Under the pieces are notes generated by a model. The model worked only from the letters and a program-made list of their open reading frames with translations, had not been told where the DNA came from and did not search any database. This document shows positions 26,112-39,265 of a stretch of DNA of 64,000 nt, one piece after another; within the stretch, counting starts at the first letter, position 1; every line of letters starts with the position of its first letter. Made by a program: the position numbers and the translations under genes. Origin of the DNA: Lama glama (Eukaryota). Where the stretch lies: NCBI GenBank assembly GCA_028534125.1, contig CM052817.1, forward strand, positions 92,816,001 through 92,880,000, in the 5' to 3' direction.

Positions 26112-28198
26112 ACTTTTTTTTAATCCACCCTTAAAGTTTTCAAATTTCCTGTCTTGTGGAATATAAAAAAAAATCAAAAAGTGGCTGCAACTGCTAGTTT
26201 CCTACATAATATCCATTATTCATTTCTCCCTTAATAACAGAACCTCAGTTTTATTCAGGTTTGCAATGTGTGCAGCTGAAAAACCACATTTGCTGGCCTT
26301 TCTGGCAACTGGGCTTGCTCAGGTGATTCAATCTTGGTCAATAATCGGAATCCAGTCATTGGTTGGGTTTCAGGAAAGCCCGCTGACAGAGGACGACTCA
26401 GCCATTGTGGGTTGTTTTGCCTTCTCTCTCTTCCTCAATTTTCCTGCCTAAAAGTTTCTTTGAGAGCCTGTCCAAAAGAATCCTCAGCTCTTTGGCAGTG
26501 AAGTTCTATACCTGTTTCGGACTTCCTGTAACATGAGAGAAAAATAAACTATCTTGTTGAATTCGCCATTATCTGAGTTTTCAGTTGCATGCAGTTTCTG
26601 ACTGATATATTTCATATCTCATTTTGATGTAATTTTTAATTGCTGTCTTAGCATCTTTAAGTAGCAGGCTTTAGGAAAGAAAATCACAGTAACAGATCTC
26701 ATTTATTTTATGTTTGGTAATTTAAAGTGTTTTGCTTTATCATGGTTAATTATGGAAGCAGCTGGAGATTAGATGCATCTATGCTTGTTATTTCAAGAAA
26801 TTTTTATTGAAGTTATAATTTGATTCTACTCAAAAAGAAATGAAACTAAAATTTAAGTTAATAGTTATTATCTGATATTAGATATTTATGATGGTTAACA
26901 CATTTTACACTCCTAGTTAGAAAATGAGCTGATTCCATTTATAATCATGCCTTGTTATTTCCAAGTACAACCATTAATGTACTTCAACATGTATCATATT
27001 GAGTTCATTTTAAAGGCATTGAAGGTTACCTATGCATTGTTTTCCCACTAGCCCCCAGGTAGAAAAGTAATAGAATCAATGATCCCTTTAACTATTTTCA
27101 TTTATTTTAATGTATCTTAATTTTTTTTTGGACATCTGGTAACTACTGTCATCCAGATGGCTATATTGGATAAAAATCACATTCTATGTTCAAAATTAAC
27201 ACTAACTGACCTTTCGGGTTTGGGAGATAGGGCACTTAGACTTTGCTGTATGATTTTCATTGTCAATATTTTGATAGATGTTTGAAAACTCATTCCATCT
27301 GAAGCATCACACTCAGGCAGTTATAATAATGGTCATTCCTAAAGCAAAGGGAAGAAATTAATCAGGGAGGAAATCTGAAAAAAAGTGGATGCTTTGCCCA
27401 TTTTGAGTTGAGCCTTCACAAGGTGATCTATAAACACTCAATCTGATTTAAATGTCTCAGGTCAGTGCTCCCAGAGTCCCCAGTGCTGCAAAGACAGTAC
27501 TTCACTGAATACTCTGAGGACACACTGGAGACAGAGGCCTTAGGTCTCAAGGAACAGGGGACGGGGCTAATAGAGAAACAGGGGCTGAATCACAGCTGGG
27601 CTGAGGCTCCCTAGAGCCAGGAAGCCAAGGAAGGAATTCCACGCTTACTGTCTTCTGTGTGCCGGCCACTGTGCAGAGAATTTACACAGAGCACATGCTT
27701 AATCCAGTGAGCCTGGGGGAAGGGGCTTAAGAGCAACAGACCAGGATGTTAAACTTTAGGGATGTTCTGGAGCCCAAACCCTTTCTCATATTTGTTACTG
27801 TTACTTCACTGTAGAATACGGCAGAGAAGCCTGAAAAGTCAAACAAACTAACAAGTGCCTGAAGGTGGGCTTGTGGTTAGGAATTCTTTTGCAGTGCTTT
27901 TAATTTTTATTTCTTCCCACTCTACTAAGAGGCAAAGCTGACACAGGGAATTAGCCCTACCATCTTCCTCTATGTGGCAGAATTTTTTTTAAACTTTGTT
28001 TTTGCTCTAGGGTGTCGTCCTTTGTGGGTCCCAGCCTTATGCAAGTCTCCACCTAGTATCCTACTCTTCTTGGCCACAGGACGCCTGTCTCCAACGCACA
28101 TGTTTTTCACTAGAATCCAAGTTCTAGGTTACTGGGGGTGTTCAGATAGTCTCAGCCAGATGCCAGCTCTAGCGCTTGCTTACTGTCTAGACTCCCAC

Positions 28199-28390
28199 TT
28201 TTTTTTTTATTGAAGTATAGTCAGTTACAATGCATCAATTTCTGGTGTACAGCATAATGTTTCAGTCATACATATACATACATTTGTTTTCATATTCTTT
28301 TTCATTATAGATTACTACAAGGTATTAAATATAGTTCCCTGTGCTATACAGAAGAAATTTGTCAACTATTTTATATATAGTGGTTAATAT
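28199..28390 (-). mobile_element. L1 3' end (cetartiodactyl type)
   Basis: Poly-T then ATTGAAGTATAGTCAGTTACAATG..ATAGTTCCCTGTGCTATACAG. Confidence 0.85.
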
Positions 28391-29769
28391 TAATAAACTT
28401 TCTCATTCCTCCCAGTCTTCGTGATCTTCTGTTACTTTCCTGTCAATTTAGTCATGCACTGGAGAAAGTTTTTTTTAATGTGTTTACTTTTGTTTTGCTT
28501 TCTCCAGAGTTTTGTGTGTTCTGATCTTATAGAGTTTCTTCAGACATCTTGCCAGAAATAGATTATCTGGACTTTATTGAGGGAATGATCTTGACAGAGA
28601 GTTTTGAGGTCATAGGACAAAGGTTTAAAGATTATATTAATGGGTAGGAGAGACGGAGTGTCTGTGTTGACTCCCAGATTTCTGGTTTAAACAGATGGAT
28701 CAATGCCCTGTGTTCACCAACTTAAGCCACCAATAAGAGGGCATCCATTTTGGGGCAAAGATGTTGAATTCAATTTTGAACAGGTATCATTTGTCATAGC
28801 CAATACAAAGAAACTTCAGCTTCCTTATTTGCAAAATGGAGATAGTATCTACTTTACAACAAACGAGTTTTTATGGGTATTAAATACCATAATGAATGTG
28901 AAAATCTTCGTAAACAATAAAGAACTACACACGCATTAGATACTGAGAAACCCTGCCTCTCTTCTCAACACTAATGGGTCAGGGTACTGAGAGCTTACCA
29001 TACAAATAAATGGGGCCAGTGGGTTATAGGGTGTGATAACCAGTGAAAAGAGGAGAAATAAGTTGTTAGATGGTTATGGACACTGTAAGGCTTTTCCAAA
29101 AGACAAAAACCATTTGTCGAGGATCATTTATTAGCTTAACTCAAAAATGTGATGCTTTAAAGAACTGACGAGGCATTAGTCCTGCAATTATTTTGTGAGC
29201 TCCAATCCTTTCCCTTCTGATTCTTAAGGATAGTGTGATACACAAAAGATGGCAACATAGGTATCTGGATTTGGAAAATGATTTTCTGAGCTAGAAAATG
29301 AATATTTGTTTGCAGAATTAAAATGTAAGGAAACGAAACTGAAAAGCCCTTAAATGGGTAGGTTAAGGAGTCCCATAGTTCAGAGGTCCCCAGGCTGTCT
29401 TCCCCAGACAGCTGTGTGCTGCAAGTTAAGTTGCAAGTGTGCATTGATCTGGGTCCTTGAGTTGGGACAGAAATGGAAAATCCTCCTGCTTCTAGAAAAG
29501 ATTATGAGAGGTGCCTGTTGTGAAAACGCCAAGTATACATCTTCCTGACAGACAGATGAATAGGGATTTGTACCTTCCCACCAAGAAAAGAAGAGGAAAA
29601 GGGGAAAAAATTCACAAAGAGAGTTACCTCTGGCAACAAACAGACCTACACTCTGTACCCCTATGTGACCTATGAATTTTATTTTCTGTCGAGGCCAGGA
29701 CATGTTCGGGAAGAACTGCCGTAGATGGCTTCTTTGAAGACTTTCATCCAGATTTTCTGCTTCTGTTTT

Positions 29770-31360
29770 TAATTGCTATTCCTTTAAAAAGCTTGTAACA
29801 GGCTATTACTTGTATAAATGACATCAATCACAAATTTACAGATTGAGGAATGTTCAGAGTTTGAACACGATCATAGGTAGAGTATTTCCAGTACTCCAGA
29901 AACCCAACTTGTGACCTCCTCCAGCTACTACCTTCGCCCAAAGGTAACCACTGTCCTGACTTCTAACCCCATGAGTTTTGACTATTTTTTGCCTTATATA
30001 TAGGGAATTACAATGGTTTTTTTGCATTGCTGGCTTTTTTTATTACTGTTTTCTTTTGTTTAGCATTATTTTTGTAAGATCTTTCCATACTGTTACATGA
30101 GGTTATAGTTTGTCCATTCTTGTTGTTGTATAATATTTTGTTATATGAATATGTAACAATTCACTTATCCATGCTTCTGTTAAGGGATACTTGGGTTGTT
30201 TCTAGTTCGGGGGCTACTGCAAACAGTGCTGCTATAAACATCCTTTCAAATGTACTTCAGTAAACACAGATACGTATTCAGTACATAATGCTAAGTGATT
30301 TTCAAAGGTGGTCCCAATCTATAAAATTTCCTGTTTACATCTTTTGTCTGTGATTCTTTTGGGTTGTTTATGGTTTTCTCACTGAATAGTAGTTATTAAT
30401 TGATTCTGTATATAAATATTTTGTCAGTTACATAGGTGCCAAATTCCTTCCCCTAGTTTTTGGTTTGCTTTTTCACTTTGTTTATGATGTCTTCATTCAT
30501 GCTATTTAATTTTTTATTCAGTTACATGTATTGTTTGTTTTCTTTAATTTTCTGCTTTTTGTGACATCTAAGAAATCACTTACACCTCAATATCATAAAG
30601 GCACTGTCCCATATTTTCTTACAATAGTTTCATATTTTTGCATTGCATATTTAGGTCTTTAAACTCATCTGAAATTTATTTTTATGTATGCTGCTAAACA
30701 GGGATCAAATTTTATTTTCCCCCATATGGATAGCCAATAGTCTCCACCTCATTTATTGAATAATACATCTCTTCTCACTGATGTTAATGCAGCTTATACC
30801 GTTTACCAAATCGCCAAATATATGTGAGTCTGTAACCTAGGCTTTCTATTCAGTTACACTGGTTTGTTGACATGTTTGACCCAATGCTGTTTTAATTACT
30901 GGAACTTATAATAGAATATATTTTATTTTATAAAGGTATCTTTATGAAAGATACCTTTATATAAAGGTATCTTCTTCTTCTGGTGTTTCAAATAGTCTAG
31001 GCTATCATGGCTCTTTACTGACCCACACGAATGTTAGAATCAATTGATAAAATTCCATTTGAAAATCTCTCTCAGGATGTTATCTGAAATGCACTGAATT
31101 TAGAGAATATTTCAGTTCCTCATAGTTTTCATATCCAACACTGTTTATTATAGTTTTGTTGTTTTGTACAGATAATATTTCAGATTTATCCTATATGTTA
31201 AATGAACTGATTATACGCTATTGCTTTTTGCATCCCCTTCTTCCTTCTGAATTCTGTTTTTATCTTTCTGAAGCTCACTCTTTGGAATTCTTTCAAAGAG
31301 GGGACAGTAAAGATTCTTTGTCTTTGAATATTTCTTTATTTTGCCATCACTCTTTGAAGT
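29770..31360 (-). mobile_element. Ancient L1 (L1ME-like) fossil
   Basis: GGTAACCACTGTCCTGACTTCTAAC, TTGGGTTGTTTCTAGTT, CATATTTAGGTCTTTAAACTCATCTGAAATTTATTTTT. Confidence 0.75.
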
Positions 31361-31365
31361 GAATA

Positions 31366-32920
31366 CTGGGAGGTACTACCGAGATTGCTCTTCAGAAGTG
31401 AAGGACTTATTCCCTGAGCTGCTGGGAGTGCAGCAAGCTGACGAAATCCAGCTGTCTGCCCTCTGAAAGAGCAGTCCCACCCACGCTTATACCTGCTTCC
31501 CTGTTAGCCCCCATCCAATGACTGATGTCACAGGTGTATAAAGGCTGAGCCCACTTGCCTCAGCTCTGAAGGTTCATGCCAGATTCAATGTCAAGGCCTT
31601 CACTGAGACTAAATTCCCTCTGTCCAACCTAGCCACCATCTCTTCCTCCACTGGTGTTCCCAAAGCATGTCCTGACAAACTCCCCATGCTCTTTTTTGAT
31701 GCAGAGGATGCTACCAGAGAAGCCAACCTAAGATGGATGATATCAGGGCTGAGCCAAGAAAGCAGGATTTCTGCTTTGAATATGGGATTTCTGACTTGAA
31801 TCATTGGCCACGTGGTGGTCAGTAAGGACCTCTTCACTGGTGATAGATGTAGGACAGATGGACCTTGGCACAAGGTAACAGTACAGTAGTTAAAACTTTC
31901 ATCAGTAGTAAAGTGGGATGTATTCTAATGGAAGGTAACACACTAGTGGGTGCAATGTATCATGTATTTAAGAAATATGAGGGAAATATCTTAAGGACAA
32001 GGGAATTGGCTTTGTTAGGCAAAATTGGTTCTTTGGCAAAAGCAAAAAGGTGAGAATGGTTAAAGGCTATTAAAAAACTTGAGAGTAAAATTCAGAAGGC
32101 CCCTTTGGTAGCAAATAAAGAGGCTTTCATCTCCTGCAGTGGGAGGGCACAAAGTGCAGAGGAAAAGGCCCAGCACTTAATCATAAGTGTGGCAGAGCTC
32201 CAAAGAAGATTAACAACCATTTAGCTCAGCCAGATCGGCTATGCCATGGTCAGAATGCTGGACTGCAAAGAAAGAAACCCTGATGCCATGGGCCGGGTTG
32301 TGACACCAGAAAATCTCAAGTCCCCAGATTCTCCTGAACCTTCTGAGTCTGAACACGGTCCAGTTTTCCTGACCAATGGCTAGTGCTCCCCCAGGCTTGA
32401 AAACCATGCAGAGGTGTCCTCCTTTAGTCTACTCTGTGTTCCCTTCAGGATCTGTCCCCAGCTTCTCTTCTGGTCACTAGGTCAGTAACTTGGTTTAAGC
32501 TACATTGTAACCTGGCATATATTGTAATGAATGGCAAGAATAGAGTGGTAGGAAGAGAGAGGGGTCTGGTCCTCAGAAGAGTAGGGAGATTGATAACAGA
32601 ATATGGTGCTACTGGGAGCAAAATGGATGAGTAGCATACAAAGATACTGCTCAGTCTGTACAATCAATAGAAATCAAGGGAGTGTCTGACCTGGAGCCTG
32701 AGAGCAATGCTTCAGTTGAGTCACAATTCCTTGCCCAGTTTTTAAGTCTGAGACAGTTTTTAGATCTGGATAGCATCAACAGAGAAAAGGCCAGACTCTA
32801 GTAAGAAGATCCTGAAATATCATAAAAGATGTACATTTTAATAATTCCCCCAGCCCTTCCCCAGAGGGGTCTTTGCAATTTCCTTGGCTAACTATCTGCG
32901 GGGAAAATGGAAACATCAAG
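31366..32920 (+). mobile_element. LTR16-like LTR plus ERV3-16A3/ERVL internal fragment
   Basis: LTR16-like segment followed by internal motifs GGACCTCTTCACTGGTGATAG..CTTGGCACAAGGTAACAGTACA..TTAAAACTTTCA and GGCCCAGCACTTAAT. Confidence 0.65.
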
Positions 32921-32944
32921 ACATTTCTCAGTAGAATGGCAGAT

Positions 32945-33263
32945 ATAGGAATTCACCTGCCTTCTATGAAGCTTTACATCAAAGAGATTTGCAAAACTGT
33001 AAATCAGTACCATTCTTTTATGTTTTTGCTTGGGAAAATAGGTTTTTTTTTTCATAGAAATATGTTATTTATACTAACATGTGATAGATTTATCAGTATA
33101 ACTTCTAATAAATTAATAAACATTTAAAATTTTATGTTTTAATTTTTATATGGTAAATATCAATTGAATATAACACATTAAAAAAGCTTATTAGGGTTCT
33201 CAATTTTTAAGAGTTTTTAAGGGGTCCTGAGACCCAAAGTCTCAAGAAAGTTTAAGAACTGCT
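32945..33263 (+). mobile_element. Charlie1-like hAT transposon end
   Basis: CATCAAAGAGATTTGCAAAACTGTAAA..GGGGTCCTGAGACCCAAAG..TTTAAGAACTGCT. Confidence 0.75.
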
Positions 33264-33399
33264 ACAATAGATGATATTACAAGCTAAACCATCTACCCAA
33301 GTTTCATCATGTGTAAAATCAGGAATTAATGCTACACAAGTAAAGTAAAACAAAATTATAGTTTAGCTGTTACTGATATTATTCTGTGTTCTCTGTGAG

Positions 33400-34200
33400 A
33401 TAGGAAGTCGTTATACAAAGTTGATGGAGGAGGTGGTTGAAGTTTGAGGAAAGGGGAGAAGATCTGATAATGCCCTCACGGAGAAGGAGAATGATAAACT
33501 TGATTAGGAAAAGAGGAGGCTTGCTGGGTACTTTTGAGGGACTTGTGGAGGTTGGTGACTTTGGATTTAGAGTAGAATAATGATTGCATAATTTTTTTTC
33601 TCCTTGATAATACTCAGAAGTCAAGTGTAGGAGAGAAAAGACAACCCGATGAATTAACAGAATTGGGAATGTTCTAGCTGCTTTGATTGGAACAAAAACA
33701 TGGGAAATTGTGAATGAAGTGATAAACTATGTTTTATAAACTGGGGAAGACAAGAAGGGAAGAAAGCAAAGGGACAACTGATAGAAAAGAGAAGGATCGA
33801 GAGACTCGGAGTCTTCGTCAGGAACTGAGTGAGAGAGCTGGTGAGGTTGGATAGTTAGACGTTTGATGTTTGGATTTCCGTGGTGGAGTAGTTCTTTGAT
33901 GATAAGGCCTGGGGTTTGGTCATGAGATTGAGTGCCCATAGTGGAGCAGAGGCGATGGCTACTGGAGAAGAAGAAATCCAGGACCCAGGAGGATGGGTCT
34001 CCCATTTAGATGTTAATGTGACTGTGGGTGAGGGCAGAAGTTGGAAGCCAGGTTCCAGAGTTTTTCCATCAGTAAGGAGAGGATAGAGCATAGCAACAAG
34101 GAAGGATAAAAAGTGGCATGGCTACATACAAAGGAGGATTAATTATCTGAGTGGGGCACTGGGGAGCAAGAGGATAGACTCCAGCTCCTAACCAGGACAT
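33400..34200 (-). mobile_element. Degenerate L2 fragment
   Basis: GA-rich antisense L2-like tract. Boundaries approximate. Confidence 0.45.
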
Positions 34201-34679
34201 AAAGGGACTGTGGGAAAGTGAGCAACCTTCACCTTGAAGTTTAAAGCAAGCAGACTCTGCAAGGGAGAGGATGTCAGGTTTCAGTGAAGCAGGCAGAGCA
34301 CACACAAGAGGCCCAGAATGTGGAAGAATTGGTCACGGAAGAATGGAATTCCATAAGGCACAGTGGAAACAGGAGACAACGGAGAGCAGTAGAGTACTTC
34401 ATTAGGTAACGAGAGGTACAACTGGGCCAGCAAACGTGAAAAGTGCGACGTGAGGCACAAAATACCAAGGCAGCAGAAAGCTTCCAGAAAAATTAGGCAA
34501 GCATTTCCAGTTTGAGTCCACTGATCCAGTACCAGGTCATGAGTTCATGTCCTTCTTCCTTTTAGATTTTTTTTCTCTCCCTTTAGATTTCTCCTTTTTT
34601 GAAGACATAAAATCCAGGAGGGCTTCCCGACCCCTGTCCTCCTTGGGTTCCCCCAGTTTTCCTCTTCTTTCGGTGACTC

Positions 34680-35190
34680 CCTCGCCCCAGGATTGGGAGC
34701 CCCGCCCCGCTCAGGAGAAAGAAGGACGGGGCGGGGCGAACAGAAGTGGGCGTGCCCTTCCGGCCGACGTGCTGCGTAAGGACGCTGCTGGCGTCAGAGG
34801 ACATCCGGTCCGGTGCCTAGTACCTACAAGCTGTTCCATCCGCCTTCCTCCGGTCTTAGTAGCGTTTTCGCCGGAGTCGTGGTCTAAGAATTGGGTGTGC
34901 TGCCGCCGCGCGCCGGCCTCACGCCCTTCCCTGCCCCTCGGCCCCCGGAGTGAGCCCGGCCTCCCCGCGAGGGTGAGCGAGGTCGGCCCGGAGCGCGCGC
35001 GAGGGAGGGTGCCCCGCGGGCGGGCGACGGCTGTGGGTTCCCCGAGCCGCGTGGCACCTCCGCCGCGTCTCCTCTGGACGCCCCCTTGACCCTGCTGGGT
35101 CCTCGGGCTGCAGGCTTTGCCTCTAGAGCCACACTGACCCCGTGCTTCTTCTCTCGTCCCGTGACGGGCCGTGTCCTGAACTGGGAGCGT
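34680..35190 (+). promoter_or_regulatory. ZNF330: CpG-island promoter of ZNF330
   Basis: The only strongly CpG-dense block in the window. Inverted CCAAT (ATTGG 34692-34696), GC boxes CCCGCCCC (34701) and GGGGCGGGGC (34728-34737), ETS-type CTTCCGG (34757-34763) and ACATCCGG (34801-34808). Lies about 1.9 kb upstream of the ATG exon. Confidence 0.9.
34780..34972 (+). other. ZNF330: Probable non-coding exon 1 (5'UTR) of ZNF330; start approximate
   Basis: ATG-free stretch downstream of the promoter motifs, ending at donor AGG|GTGAGC (GT at 34973). An alternative donor GA|GTGAGC lies at 34950. Confidence 0.6.
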
Positions 35191-36838
35191 CCCTGGAGAG
35201 GGCTTTACCTATTTAGAGCTGAGGAAAAGAATTCACTCTTCAGTTTGCGAAACAAGCTGGAGGGGGAAAAATGAGGCTCAACTTTCACAGCGAATTCACC
35301 CTTGGGGACGCAGGCGATTCATCCGATGATCACCCTGGGATTATTTTCTAGCTCCTCTGGCCAGGGCAGTACACATTTTTTTTCACCCAGTATGTTTTGT
35401 CATTTTAAATACTGGAAGGGTGACTAGCAGCAGCGTTACTCCAAGTAACCACCTCCTAAACCTCTTGGCCTGGTTTGTCCATAATTTTAAGTCTCAGCTA
35501 ACCACCACTCGGTTTTTGTTTGAACATTCCAAAATAAAAGTTGAAACGCAGAGAATAGGAAAACTTTATGAGTGACCTTAGTATTGTTCCAGGTACAAGC
35601 TGGTATATGACTATTGCTGTACTGTAATAAGAAATATAAATTTCGAGATGCTCTTTCTTGGAGCTCTCTCCATGTATCATGGACATGACTTTGGTTTCTT
35701 TGGTAAGATTTTTCTTTTTTTTTTTGTCTTCAGGGAGGTTGTGTCACCAGTGAAAGGTGAAACCATACTTGGAGGTTTAGAATTTGTAGATCTTGGATAC
35801 AGCCTTGAAGTCCAAGTCTGTATTTTTAGGGATTTCCACCGTAGGTTTTTGAGAACCACTTTTAGAAAATGCTTTTCAAAAAAATATGTACTTTGAAGAA
35901 GATTAAGAAATTTGAGATTCTCTTTCAAAGCAAACACATGAACTCATTCCTGTGTGTCTCTTTATTTGTTGAGTGCTTAATATATGCCAGGCAAGTCTGG
36001 GAGGCAAACATTGTCAACAAAGATAGAGCTGGAATCCTCAGGAAGCTTGTGGTCTTCAGATTAGATGAAAAGCCAAATAAAAATGTTACTTCGTGAAAAA
36101 TCTTGTCTTTCTAAATGTGGTAGTTCTTTCAACTACCTGATGAAAGCCAGTTTTAAAGGTCTTATTTTTATGTGTGTGGTAAACACATACTCTTAAATTT
36201 AAACCCTGTTAAAATTACATGCTCGCTGCATGTAGAAGAAGGGCAGCTTTCAGAGAGTCATAGTGACTCCAATGCCTTTAATATCTTTTCTGAGAAGATA
36301 GATTGGCTTTATAGTTAATGTCACTTGACTTAGATGTTTTATTTAGGTATTATGTGGGAGAAATTAGACTTACTTTTCAACAAGTCTTGGCAGCATCAGG
36401 TCATCTGAATATATAGCTAAAAAAAGTGATATAAACTGGATAAATAATATACTTTTTAATCATTTCTTTCTAATGATGTATCTCTAATATTTTTCCCACT
36501 TGGTAAAAGTAATTTTTAAAGAATACTTAACGTCAGAGAAACTTTTTTTCTTCAGTGGGAAAGAAAACCATTTTGGCTGTCAGGATAAATCTGATGTTTA
36601 CATTTTTTAGAATTGTTTAGGAGTACAAATAAGTGCTTTATTTAAAAAGCTATCTATTTTATTTGGGATGATGTGTATTTAATATCTCATAAAGGTTTAA
36701 AACACGCTTAACCATCAACATGACAGGGTTGAGTTTTAAATTTAATGAGAATAAGAACATTTCATTCTACTATTCCTTAGTTTCTTTAAACTAGCAAATG
36801 TAACAAGACAGTTAAATCTTCACTGTTCTCTTGCATAG

Positions 36839-36994
<156 letters not shown>

Positions 36995-38246
36995 TGATAA
37001 TTGAAAAACCAAAATATACCTGTGTTAAATGCTTGTCCATTGTTGTCATTAACACTGTGCAGTAGTGAATTATGTTTGATTTTGTTATTTATAAAACCTT
37101 TCGTATTACCTTGGCTACTGTTGGTGACAAGTAGATATGTATTGAACAAGAATACATATGGGGAACTGTGCGACATTCCAGTTTCTCTACCCTAATATAC
37201 CTTACTCAGTTTCTCCTATATTTGAGCTTTTTTATCTTATGTCATTACCTCTTCCCTTCCTTTGACCATGTTTGTCTGAGTTGTCCCATGTCTCCCTATT
37301 TCCACTCCCTCTCTGCTTATTTTTGTTCTTGCTCCTCTTTCTTTTCCCTTTATTTCATCAACCACATGTGAAATGCTTAGTGTGACTTAATTCCTCAACT
37401 GTTTCTTGTGTGTCTGCTCTGTGCCAGGTACTATTTTAGGCACTGTGGGGGATACACAGCTAATGACACAGTCTCTGTTTCCACAGGCTTACAGCTCAGT
37501 TATTTTCTGTATTACTTAGTGTTTAAAAATAATAGAAATCCAGCTTAAATAACTTTAGGGAGAAATAGAGTTTATTGAATAAATAATGGACTAACTTTAT
37601 AGTTAGTTGGGAAGGGAAAAGATATAGCTGGGATGCAGGAACAGCTCGAACCTAGAACAGCTTGTAGTCCTTCCTGTCTTGCTTGTACTTGGTTCCATTT
37701 TCTCAGATTGTTTTTTCCCTTTTGTTTGGGTTCATAGCCACTGGGTTCATAGCTTGCATGTCTCACATCATATACTTCTGCTGTCAGTCAGGGAAAGAGC
37801 TCTGATAGGTTGGGCATGGATGGGTGCTCATCCCGGGATCAACTAATGTTCATGACTGAGTTGAAGGGACGATGGGCAGCAAGATTATATAGCACAGGTA
37901 GGACCATGGGGACTCTTTTCTCTGTGTCAGGGTCATTTCTAAAGAAGAGAAAGAGGGCAGACAAACGAAATGACTCATTCATAAATCCATGCAGCGAGGG
38001 CTAGACTTTGGTGAGTGCTTCAGAAAAGGTACAATCAGGACTAAGGTACATAGGACTCAGGTGGTAAAGATGAGTGTGGGGATGGGGTACAGTTCACCGA
38101 GGAGGGGGTCGTCACCAGAACTTCCTGGAGGTAAAGATGTGAGGAGGGACTTTTTTGGGAAAAGTGTTAGAATAAGTAAGGCAGGAGAAAGAGAATACAA
38201 GACATATTTTGAGAATAGCTGACAAATAGTGACTTGAATCTAAAAA

Positions 38247-38590
38247 GGAATCTCAAAAACAAAAACAAAAAAACAAAGCATAAATACAAAACAAATACTC
38301 ATAGACATAGAATACAAACTTGTGGTTGCCAGGGGGGCAGAGGGTGGGAAGGGATAGACAGGATTTCAAAATTGTAGAATAGATAAACAAGATTATACTG
38401 TATAGCACAGGGAAATATACACAATATCTTATGGTAGCTCACAGAGGAAAAAATGTGGCAATATATATATGTTCATATATAACTGAAAAATTGTGCTCTA
38501 CCCTGGAATTTGACACAACATTGTAAAATGATTATAAATCAATAAAAAAAAAGTTTAAAAAAAAGAAAGAAAAAAATAAAAAGAATAAAA
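38247..38590 (+). mobile_element. Young 5'-truncated L1 3' end with A-tail in ZNF330 intron 2
   Basis: CTCATAGACATAGAATACAAACTTGTGGTTGCCAGGGGG...GGAATTTGACACAACATTGTAAAATGATTATAAATCAATAAAAAAA. Candidate TSD TAAAAAG at 38241 and 38586. Confidence 0.9.
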
Positions 38591-39016
38591 AGAATAGGCC
38601 AGCAAGATTTGAGAAGAGGTTAGAGAACAGATTGTGGAGCACTTTTCATAGCATGTTTAGAATTGTGGATTTTCTATGAGCTTCAGCATACTGTGTTCTC
38701 TACTATTTCTTGTGTCCATTCTGTATTATTTATCTGATTCCTTAAGGAAAAAAAAGAAAAACAAAAAAAACCCACCACCACTGTGGTTTTTAGCTGTTTT
38801 GTGAAAATGCCACTTCTTCCTCTAGCGTGGCATACTCAAGAGCATGCCTTTGTTACTAATGTTTGTGTAGATGATTGTAGACATGGGTGGAGTTGGAGGG
38901 TTTGGGCAAGTGTCACTTAAATTTTAACGTCAGAAGCGGGGTATTTTTTGTAATGCTAGTAAATTTGCAACTTTCAGCCAGTAGAAAAATTCATGTTATG
39001 TTTTTATATTTTACAG

Positions 39017-39036
39017 GAATGTGACAAGTGTCAGAG
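39017..39036 (+). CDS. ZNF330: ZNF330 exon 3, 20-nt microexon: ECDKCQ(R)
   Basis: TTTTACAG|GAATGTGACAAGTGTCAGAG|GTATAT. Frame is continuous with both neighbours. Confidence 0.95.
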
Positions 39037-39115
39037 GTATATTTTTATTTATTTCTTTTTCTTTCTTTATGTAATAATATAGACTGACCTTTTATCTGAT
39101 ATTGACTGTATTTAA

Positions 39116-39265
<150 letters not shown>

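Noticed and set aside
1..34500. Coding exons of an upstream neighbour such as RNF150; isolated strong donors (e.g. CAG|GTAAGT near 24058, AAG|GTAAGA near 15565)
   Set aside because: No recognisable RING or PA-domain peptide and no consistent exon chain. Isolated splice motifs are common by chance.
34547..35089. 180-aa ORF and overlapping minus-strand ORFs over the promoter
   Set aside because: Pro/Arg/Gly-rich low-information translation typical of stop-poor CpG islands. No recognisable domain, and it starts upstream of the likely TSS.
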